From positions 1 to 38,784 of IMG/VR virus record IMGVR_UViG_3300025288_001004: a DNA stretch of 38,784 nt; one strand, given 5' to 3'. Made by a program: the position numbers and the translations under genes. Positions 1 to 6,227 of the stretch are shown piece by piece. The notes under the pieces are model-generated. The model did no database searches and had not been told where the DNA came from. It was given only the letters and a program-made list of their open reading frames with translations. Numbering within the stretch: the stretch's first letter is position 1; the number at the start of each line of letters is the position of its first letter. Source of the DNA: a virus (taxonomy: Duplodnaviria > Caudoviricetes).

Positions 1-15
1 GTGGTTGATTTGTCT

Positions 16-93
16 TGGCGGTCCCAACGGGATTCGAACCCGTGATCTCTACATAGACAGTGTAGCGCCCACTCCAGACTGGACCGTGGGACC
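16..93 (-). tRNA. trnD: tRNA-Asp(GTC)
   Basis: Cloverleaf: GGTCCCA/TGGGACC acceptor, anticodon arm CTACA-CTGTCTA-TGTAG, T-loop TTCGAAT, G73, encoded CCA. Confidence 0.93.
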
Positions 94-241
94 GTAAAGC
101 GCCCCAATCAGGGCACGGGGGTGTCTTTCCTACCCGACTATCCTACTTCAAGAGGTAGGATATACCCAGCAGCACATAAAGGGCTATGTGGGACGTATTG
201 GATTTGGATTCGAACCGATCCTTCCGCCACTAAGGGCGGCA

Positions 242-316
242 TGGTGGGCGATACTGGGATTGAACCAGTGACCTTCTGCGTGTAAAGCAGTAGCTCTCCC
301 ACTGAGCTAATCACCC
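242..316 (-). tRNA. trnV: tRNA-Val(TAC)
   Basis: GGGTGAT/ATCGCCC acceptor, anticodon loop TTTACAC, T-loop TTCAATC, ACCA end. Confidence 0.95.
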
Positions 317-337
317 ATACCCTACTTAATCCACCAA

Positions 338-414
338 TGGTGGAGCGTATCGGGTTCGAACCGATGACCTTCTGCGTGCAAAGCAGATGCTCTCCCAAAC
401 TGAGCTAACGCCCC
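338..414 (-). tRNA. trnA: tRNA-Ala(TGC)
   Basis: GGGGCGT/ACGCTCC acceptor with the G3:U70 Ala identity pair, loop TTTGCAC, ACCA end. Confidence 0.96.
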
Positions 415-477
415 ATTTGTCGTCCAGAACCAGAGCCCAAAACTATTCGGCATAGGAGACCCCTGAACTGGTCGACA

Positions 478-552
478 TGGTAACCCCAAGGGGAATCGAA
501 CCCCTACCTCCGGGATGAAAACCCGACGTTCTAGCCGCTAAACTATGGGGTC
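478..552 (-). tRNA. trnE: tRNA-Glu(TTC)
   Basis: GACCCCA/TGGGGTT acceptor, anticodon arm TCGGG-TTTTCAT-CCCGG, T-loop TTCGATT, ACCA end. Confidence 0.92.
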
Positions 553-675
553 AGGATGTCTGGACAGGAGAGGGGAGGGAGCAAAACCCCCCCTCTCCTG
601 TCTATGTCTCAGGCATTCCAGAGGAAGCGCTTCCCCTTCCACCCTAGACAGCACCCAGACCAGTGCTTTTTTTTA

Positions 676-751
676 TGGCGACCCCTACAGGACTCGAACC
701 TGTGACATTTTGGTTAACAGCCAACTGCTCTACCAACTGAGCTAAGGGATC
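676..751 (-). tRNA. trnN: tRNA-Asn(GTT)
   Basis: GATCCCT/AGGGGTC acceptor, loop CTGTTAA, T-loop TTCGAGT, G73, CCA. Confidence 0.94.
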
Positions 752-767
752 TAACCTGTGTTGACAT

Positions 768-842
768 TGGTTGCGGAAGCTGGAGTCGAACCAGCGACCT
801 CCGGGGTATGAACCCGTCGCGCTACCACTGCGCCATTCCGCA
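768..842 (-). tRNA. trnM: tRNA-Met(CAT), probably initiator (fMet) type
   Basis: TGCGGAA/TTCCGCA acceptor with weak U1-A72 pair, three consecutive G-C pairs in the anticodon stem (GGG/CCC), loop TTCATAC, ACCA end. Confidence 0.9.
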
Positions 843-950
843 AAAATTAGCTCTGAAGACAGGGCTAGAAATAGGACTAAGTGTTGTCGAAGCATCGTTG
901 AGAGGCTCCAGGCTCGTATAGAGCCTGGAAAGGCAATCGCTTGTGTCCAT

Positions 951-1027
951 TGGTCGGGGTGAGAGGACTTGAACCTCCAGCCTCCTGCTCCCAAAGCAGG
1001 CGCTCCGCCAAATTGAGCTACACCCCG
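951..1027 (-). tRNA. trnP: tRNA-Pro(TGG)
   Basis: CGGGGTG/CACCCCG acceptor (C1-G72 typical of Pro), loop TTTGGGA, ACCA end. Confidence 0.96.
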
Positions 1028-1148
1028 AAGAAGTACCATCCGTATTGTGCTTTCAAAGCTTGAGGAGGACTCTCGTCCCTCTCTGGCTCTCTGGCTCTAT
1101 TACGCGGATGGGGTTCTGTTTGCAACCCCATCCTTCAACTTTTTCTTT

Positions 1149-1224
1149 TGGAGCAGGAGATGGGACTCGAACCCACGGCCTCATCCTTACCAAGGATGTG
1201 CTCTGCCAGCTGAGCTACACCTGC
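1149..1224 (-). tRNA. trnT: tRNA-Thr(GGT)
   Basis: GCAGGTG/CTCCTGC acceptor, anticodon arm CATCC-TTGGTAA-GGATG, TCCA end. Confidence 0.93.
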
Positions 1225-1228
1225 TTAT

Positions 1229-1306
1229 TGGGGTAAGCGAGGAGACTTGAACTCCCTGATTCCAGATCCACAATCTGACGCCTCGACCACTTTGGCATCG
1301 CCTACC
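1229..1306 (-). tRNA. trnH: tRNA-His(GTG)
   Basis: Encoded G-1 opposite C73 (His identity), GTAGGCG/CGCTTAC acceptor, loop TTGTGGA, CCA. Confidence 0.93.
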
Positions 1307-1307
1307 A

Positions 1308-1384
<77 letters not shown>

Positions 1385-1445
1385 ATAAGGGGCTGTTTGT
1401 CCCAACCCCTAGACCAACATGCTTATTCAAGCTTCAAAGAGAAAT

Positions 1446-1521
1446 TGGCGCACTCGGTAGGATTCGAACCTACGACCCCAGGTACCGGAAACCTGTGCTC
1501 TATCCACTAAGCCACGAATGC
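1446..1521 (-). tRNA. trnR: tRNA-Arg(CCG)
   Basis: GCATTCG/CGAGTGC acceptor, anticodon arm CAGGT-TTCCGGT-ACCTG, T-loop TTCGAAT, GCCA end. Confidence 0.94.
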
Positions 1522-1530
1522 AAGGCCCTT

Positions 1531-1574
1531 AAGCAAGAAACCCCCGGAACCTTTTTCGAGGTGCCGGGGGTTTC
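1531..1574 (-). terminator. Intrinsic terminator (attenuator) immediately upstream of the first tRNA
   Basis: Minus strand GAAACCCCCGG-CACCTCGAAAAAGGTT-CCGGGGGTTTC with T-rich tail (TTTCTTGCTT); its 5' arm can alternatively pair with 1607-1619. Confidence 0.75.
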
Positions 1575-1619
1575 CGCTGGAATGGGGTAAACTTTCGCCT
1601 ACCCCTCGGAACCCCCGGC
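1563..1619 (-). promoter_or_regulatory. Antiterminator hairpin overlapping the leader-peptide stop codon
   Basis: GCCGGGGGTTCCG (1607-1619) is complementary to CGGAAACCCCCGGC (1563-1576) and encloses the hairpin GGGGTAGGC-GAAA-GTTTACCCC (1584-1605). Confidence 0.7.
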
Positions 1620-1712
1620 CATATCTTCCGGCTTCACGCCCGCAATGCGTCGTCCCTGGACGCAATGCGCCTCGGGCTTGTGCATATTGGTTGTGGCAGG
1701 GCGATTGAGCAT
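1599..1712 (-). CDS. Putative attenuator leader peptide, 37 aa (MLNRPATTNMHKPEAHCVQGRRIAGVKPEDMAGGSEG)
   Basis: Not in the ORF track. AAGGA Shine-Dalgarno 5 nt before ATG; lies between promoter and terminator; TAG sits inside the antiterminator. Confidence 0.68.
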   Translation of the reverse strand: MLNRPATTNMHKPEAHCVQGRRIAGVKPEDMAGGSEG

Positions 1713-1763
1713 GATGTTCCTTTTTCCTATCGAGTAAAGGCAGCCTGCCTTCCTCTTGCACTC

Positions 1764-1810
1764 TTTCTACTCTGCGCCGAGAGCGCCGTCAACAACTTTT
1801 TTTTGAAAAA
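1764..1810 (-). promoter_or_regulatory. sigma70-like promoter for leader plus tRNA array, with A/T-tract UP-like element
   Basis: TTGACG (1787-1792)-17 nt-TAGAAA (1764-1769), preceded by TTTTTCAAAAAAAAG; the -10 box is imperfect. Confidence 0.55.
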
Positions 1811-2026
1811 AGTTCCTACTTTTTTGAAGGAGGGAGCACAGCCATCACCTTACCTCTTGCAAACCGTGACTGCGGCCTGCTCTTCCTTGGCCTGGATGCG
1901 GGAAGCGGTCAACCATGGTTTTGTGCTTGCACATCTGGTCCGCTGAGGGGTGAAAAATACAGCACAGGTGGTTAGAGGTAGGCGGGTATGATTGAACCCC
2001 TAAACCTCAAGAAGGAGTCTACTCTT

Positions 2027-3649
2027 ATGGCTGCTAAGGAAATCCTTTTCCACCGCACAGCGCAGGAACGCATCACCGCCGGAGTCAACCAGCTTGCCGA
2101 AGCCGTCAAGGTCACACTAGGGCCGCAAGGGCGTAACGTGGTGATCCAAAAATCCTTTGGGTCACCTGTCATCACCAAGGATGGTGTTTCGGTTGCCAAG
2201 GAAGTTGAGCTTCTAGACCCATTCGAAAACATGGGCGCTCAAATGGTCAAGGAGGTTGCCTCCAAGACCTCTGACGTTGCTGGTGATGGCACCACCACCG
2301 CTACGGTACTGGCCCAGGCCATTTACCTGGAAGGCGTCAAGCTGGTGGCTGCAGGCCATAGTCCCATGGACCTCAAGCGAGGCATTGACAAGGCCACCAT
2401 CGCTCTGGTTGCTGAGTTGGCCAAGCTTGCTCGCGATGTCACCAACAACAGTGAGATCGAGCAGGTTGGCACCATCAGTGCCAACGGCGACCGCGAGATT
2501 GGAGAAAAGATCGCGGAAGCCATGGACAAGGTAGGTCGTGGTGGTGTCATCACCATTGAAGAGGCCAAGGGCCTTGAGACCACCTTGGACACGGTGGAAG
2601 GCATGCAGTTCTCCCGTGGCTTCTTGTCCCCCTACTTCATGTCGGACAATGAGCGGATGGAGGCGATCCTAGAAGACGCCCTTATTCTGGTCTACGAGAA
2701 GAAGCTCTCTGCCCTCAAGCCTCTTGTTCCGATTCTGGAGCAGGTTGCGGGAGCCCGTAGGCCGCTCCTGATCATTGCGGAAGATGTGGATGGGGAGGCC
2801 TTGGCAGGTCTGGTCGTCAACCACATGCGCAAGACCTTTGTCTGTTGTGCAGTGAAGGCACCTGGCTTTGGTGACCGCCGCAAGGATCAGATGGAGGACA
2901 TTGCTGCCCTTACGGGTGCCACCTTCATCACAGAGGAGCTGGGGCTTAAGCTTGAGGACTTGGACCTTGGACATCTTGGTCAAGCGGCACGGGTTCAGGT
3001 GGCAAAGGACATGACCACCATCATTGATGGCAATGGTTCAGTTGACGCCATTGGTGAGCGCATTCGACAGATCGAAGGGCAGATCACAAACTCCACATCA
3101 GACTATGACATTGAGCGCTTGGAAGAGCGCAAGGCGAAGCTGTCAGGAGGTGTGGCGGTCATTCGAGTGGGTGCCGCTACGGAAGTGGAGATGAAGGAGA
3201 AGAAGGCCCGTGTTGAGGATGCCCTCAATGCCACTAGGGCGGCCGTAGAGGAAGGCATTCTTCCTGGAGGTGGTGTAGCCCTCCTCCGGGCGAGCAAGGC
3301 TCTCCGGAGTCTTGAGCTGGAAGACGAGGAGGATCGCTTTGGTCTTCGCATCCTCCTCACGGCCATTGAGGCCCCGCTCCGCATGATCGTACAGAATGCG
3401 GGAGGTCGTCCTGACATCGTCATCCAGAAGGTCCTGGACAATGATGGAGCCTATGGCTACAATGCACGAACGGGAGAGTATGGTGACTTGGTTGCTATGG
3501 GTGTCATTGACCCGGCCAAGGTCACACGCACCGCTCTACAGAATGCCTCTTCCGTAGCCAGCCTGCTACTCACCACCGCCTGTATGATTGCGGAACTGCC
3601 CCAGGCAGAAGCCTTGCCCAATGGCTTTGGCCCTATGGGTGGCATGTAG
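2027..3649 (+). CDS. groEL: Chaperonin GroEL (Cpn60)
   Basis: MAAKEI start after AAGGAG; [46 protein letters not shown] motifs; GGM tail. Confidence 0.98.
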   Translation: MAAKEILFHRTAQERITAGVNQLAEAVKVTLGPQGRNVVIQKSFGSPVITKDGVSVAKEVELLDPFENMGAQMVKEVASKTSDVAGDGTTTATVLAQAIYLEGVKLVAAGHSPMDLKRGIDKATIALVAELAKLARDVTNNSEIEQVGTISANGDREIGEKIAEAMDKVGRGGVITIEEAKGLETTLDTVEGMQFSRGFLSPYFMSDNERMEAILEDALILVYEKKLSALKPLVPILEQVAGARRPLLIIAEDVDGEALAGLVVNHMRKTFVCCAVKAPGFGDRRKDQMEDIAALTGATFITEELGLKLEDLDLGHLGQAARVQVAKDMTTIIDGNGSVDAIGERIRQIEGQITNSTSDYDIERLEERKAKLSGGVAVIRVGAATEVEMKEKKARVEDALNATRAAVEEGILPGGGVALLRASKALRSLELEDEEDRFGLRILLTAIEAPLRMIVQNAGGRPDIVIQKVLDNDGAYGYNARTGEYGDLVAMGVIDPAKVTRTALQNASSVASLLLTTACMIAELPQAEALPNGFGPMGGM

Positions 3650-3670
3650 CCCCCACCGCGTTCTAAAACC

Positions 3671-3707
3671 AAAGGCCTCTCTTCACCATGAAGGGGGGCC
3701 TTTTTTT
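3671..3707 (+). terminator. Rho-independent terminator after groEL (possibly bidirectional)
   Basis: AAAGGCCTCTCTTCA-CCA-TGAAGGGGGGCC followed by T7; lies between convergent genes. Confidence 0.85.
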
Positions 3708-3981
3708 ATGCTTCGTTTTCGACTATGGCGTAGAGACTTAGTGTCTCTGGGTCAACCATACACTGCATCTGTTTAGGAAACCCCAGATGCAGAGCCACCC
3801 CTCGCAAGATCCCCAAAGCTGCTGCTAAAGGGGTATCTGCTTGCACAGCATTGGTGATCATCAAAGACCTCCCTTGCTTTATGACACGGACGTGTAGGGA
3901 TACACCATTAGAGAGCTGGATGGAGCCTTGCTCGGTCTGCAAGGGTCTCAATAATTGAATCACTTCGTCACTTAGATACAA
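3706..3981 (-). CDS. Hypothetical protein, 91 aa
   Basis: ORF with GGAG upstream of a TTG start; last gene of the minus-strand operon, ending at the terminator. Confidence 0.6.
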   Translation of the reverse strand: MYLSDEVIQLLRPLQTEQGSIQLSNGVSLHVRVIKQGRSLMITNAVQADTPLAAALGILRGVALHLGFPKQMQCMVDPETLSLYAIVENEA

Positions 3982-4030
3982 GATACTGTCTCCGCGCTCA
4001 GGTACCCACCTACTAACGCGGCTCTAGTCT

Positions 4031-4150
4031 CTAGTCTAGGAACACATGAGAAGCATTGCTGCCATGTGCTGACCACAGCACATAGATTGTGAGACCCAAG
4101 GCGAGCAAGAGTGTCAGTGCCTCTAGGGTGTATGTCTTTACTTGTGCCAC
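4031..4150 (-). CDS. Small membrane peptide, 39 aa (MAQVKTYTLEALTLLLALGLTIYVLWSAHGSNASHVFLD)
   Basis: Manually translated; GTG start overlapping the end of the previous micro-ORF; one hydrophobic helix. Confidence 0.45.
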   Translation of the reverse strand: MAQVKTYTLEALTLLLALGLTIYVLWSAHGSNASHVFLD

Positions 4151-4236
4151 AATATTCCCATGCGAACAAAGGGAAGGAGCAAGAGCCCTTGAAGGGCGAG
4201 GAGCCACTCACCGTGGCAATTCATAAGGTGTTCCAT
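4138..4236 (-). CDS. Small hydrophobic peptide, 32 aa (MEHLMNCHGEWLLALQGLLLLPFVRMGILWHK)
   Basis: Manually translated; AGGAG SD upstream of ATG; hydrophobic core. Confidence 0.55.
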   Translation of the reverse strand: MEHLMNCHGEWLLALQGLLLLPFVRMGILWHK

Positions 4237-4240
4237 GTTG

Positions 4241-4398
4241 CTTTTCTCCTAGAACGTTGGAGGTTGGGGGTCTGAAACTCTACCAGAGGGGGATAATCAC
4301 CTTTTCAGTGCCGTCCTTTTCTCCTAGAACGTTGGAGGTTGGGGGTCTGAAACTCTACCAGAGGGGGATAATCACCTTTTCAGTGCCGTCCTTTTCTC
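4241..4398. repeat. Perfect 75-bp tandem duplication bounded by 8-bp microhomology CTTTTCTC
   Basis: 4241-4315 is identical to 4316-4390; CTTTTCTC occurs at 4241, 4316 and 4391. Confidence 0.92.
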
Positions 4399-4678
4399 GA
4401 ATGATCAACTGACTCCCAGCCCCCAACACACCCTGTACATACCGGAATAGACGTACAGCACGACGAACATCCTCATGGGAAAGCACATCCTCGTGCATGT
4501 CATCCCCTAGGAATGCCCGAATCCTGTTGAGCGTGTCCACAGGATGGTTCTTTGCGTTGCCTCGCAGGAGTCTGCTAATGACAGACTGGGAAAGCCCAGT
4601 GGCCTTCGCCACGTCTACCTGTGTGAACCCGCCTTCAGACATGCTCTGCTGTAGACGCTCGTGCAGTTCTTCGCTCAC
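4355..4678 (-). CDS. XRE-family helix-turn-helix transcriptional regulator
   Basis: FTQVDVAKATGLSQSVISRLLRG is a classic Cro/C1-type HTH; GTG start overlaps the upstream TGA (GTGA). Confidence 0.85.
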   Translation of the reverse strand: MSEELHERLQQSMSEGGFTQVDVAKATGLSQSVISRLLRGNAKNHPVDTLNRIRAFLGDDMHEDVLSHEDVRRAVRLFRYVQGVLGAGSQLIIREKDGTEKVIIPLW

Positions 4679-4827
4679 TTCGCCACCCCAAAGATCTTCT
4701 CTAGGGTGGCGTAATCCACATTCGGAAACAGAGGATCCTTCTTCTGAAGGAGATTTTTAATTCTATCCCCTTCTGGTGTGTGGATTGGAATATTCTGAAG
4801 GTTCGGGGTTCTAGTCTTCTGAGGCAT
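4675..4827 (-). CDS. 50-aa mini-protein resembling a family-A DNA polymerase active-site segment (MPQKTRTPNLQNIPIHTPEGDRIKNLLQKKDPLFPNVDYATLEKIFGVAK)
   Basis: Not in the ORF track. AAGGAG SD 7 nt before ATG; TGA overlaps the next GTG; PNLQNIP..G..I and DY..LE match the PolA consensus PNLQNIPIRT..G..IR / DYSQIE. Confidence 0.7.
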   Translation of the reverse strand: MPQKTRTPNLQNIPIHTPEGDRIKNLLQKKDPLFPNVDYATLEKIFGVAK

Positions 4828-4948
4828 GGTGTGCTCCTTGAGCAAGGACGTGTAGGTAAAGAGCTGCTATGACAGGAACCCAGACCAAGAGGTAGCGAGA
4901 GGCGCGTACCACCACCTTAAAAGCCTTCTTGGCAGGGTGAACTTCCAC
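4811..4948 (-). CDS. Small membrane protein, about 45 aa
   Basis: C-terminal part of ORF 4811..5023 from a GTG right after the AAA stop; TM-like YLLVWVPVIAALYL. Confidence 0.45.
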   Translation of the reverse strand: MEVHPAKKAFKVVVRASRYLLVWVPVIAALYLHVLAQGAHHASED

Positions 4949-4949
4949 C

Positions 4950-6161
4950 TTAGAAACCACCCAAGGGCTCGTTGTTGGAATCAGAACAACGCTCAAACAC
5001 TCCTCCCTTGATGAAGGGATCAATTAGGCGTGCCGCCTGAAGGCGTGTTTCAGGATCGGGCATCCGATCCAGCCAAGCACGGGCCGCACGGGAAGGGAGG
5101 TCCTTCGGCACCATGCCCACCATCTCCACGATATCCTGGGCATGTCCGAGCCAAACACACACGGCACGGTGGCTGAACTCCGTGTAAAGAGTATCCGTAA
5201 GGATAGCCTTACGGATGGAAGCGGTTGCCAACCCCACCTGATCGAACATCTCAGGACACTGCTGAGCAAGGGAGGGGAACTTGGTCTTGCAGACAGGCCC
5301 CTCGTCTCTCCAATCCATCCAGTGGAACTCGTAGGTGCGCTCGAACCGATCAAGGATCGAACCGTCAATGACGTTGGCAGAGATCATTCTCCCTCTGGGG
5401 TCACCACCACCCGCCGTATTGGCGGTGGCCACGAATTGGGTGCCTGGGAAGACCTTGTGTAGGGTGCCTCCGGGACCACGGACTCGCCCACAGGTGGAGT
5501 CAAGCACCATACGGAGGAACTCCGCCTGACTCTTGTTCGCCCGGTCGATATCCGTAAGGAGGATCGTGTACGGGATCCGACGACCCGTCTGGGTCTTATA
5601 CCCTTCACGAAGAGCCACAAGCAGTGACCCTTCCGTCCAGGACGTACCGTCCTTGTTGAAGTCACGAGTGTACAGCCATGACTCAATATCCGTATTTGGA
5701 TCCACCTGTCGCATGATGGTGGGACGACGGGTGAGGTTGGACACTGCATGGATAAGGGCATCCTTGCCGGTTCCAGGCATCCCGTAGATATATGTGTGGC
5801 GTCCACGGAGGACGCTGATCAGCGCCTCAGCGATATCCACAGACAGTTCCCCATGTTCCGGGAACTGGTATGCCTCAGGCAATGGCAGGCAGTCCAGCTC
5901 CTCAACATCATTGTTTACGGGTACGACATACCCCTTGATGGCTACGGCCACATCCCTTGGAGGATGTGACCGGCGGATGCCTTCCTGACTCTCCCTCACC
6001 TTGTCCAGAAGGAACCCTGAAGCCATGGGTGCATCCGGGTGGGCCAAGAGATATTCCTTGGCAGTCAAACCATGGGCCTCAGCGACATGGTTGCCTAGGA
6101 AGTACTGTGTGTGTCCACACACTTGACACGACACAGTCGTGTTGGAGAATGGGATGTGCAT
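4950..6161 (-). CDS. MoxR/CobS-like AAA+ ATPase with N-terminal C2H2 zinc finger
   Basis: CQVC..H...H finger, Walker A GMPGTGKD, variant Walker B ILLTDIDRA, ATANTAG sensor 1, ILDRF Arg finger; next to a vWA gene. Confidence 0.85.
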   Translation of the reverse strand: MHIPFSNTTVSCQVCGHTQYFLGNHVAEAHGLTAKEYLLAHPDAPMASGFLLDKVRESQEGIRRSHPPRDVAVAIKGYVVPVNNDVEELDCLPLPEAYQFPEHGELSVDIAEALISVLRGRHTYIYGMPGTGKDALIHAVSNLTRRPTIMRQVDPNTDIESWLYTRDFNKDGTSWTEGSLLVALREGYKTQTGRRIPYTILLTDIDRANKSQAEFLRMVLDSTCGRVRGPGGTLHKVFPGTQFVATANTAGGGDPRGRMISANVIDGSILDRFERTYEFHWMDWRDEGPVCKTKFPSLAQQCPEMFDQVGLATASIRKAILTDTLYTEFSHRAVCVWLGHAQDIVEMVGMVPKDLPSRAARAWLDRMPDPETRLQAARLIDPFIKGGVFERCSDSNNEPLGGF

Positions 6162-6227
6162 TGTAGATTTGATCCTCAAATCTATTACGCAAGGTATTTG
6201 TGGTTTGAAACCACAACCTTGAATTTT

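Noticed and set aside
1507-1761. 84-aa minus-strand ORF as the leader peptide
   Set aside because: It has no evident SD, starts almost at the predicted transcription start and runs through the terminator into tRNA-Arg; the 1599-1712 frame has an SD and a stop positioned in the antiterminator
4241-4398. Possible CRISPR array
   Set aside because: Two abutting identical 75-bp units with no spacers and no cas genes; a simple tandem duplication
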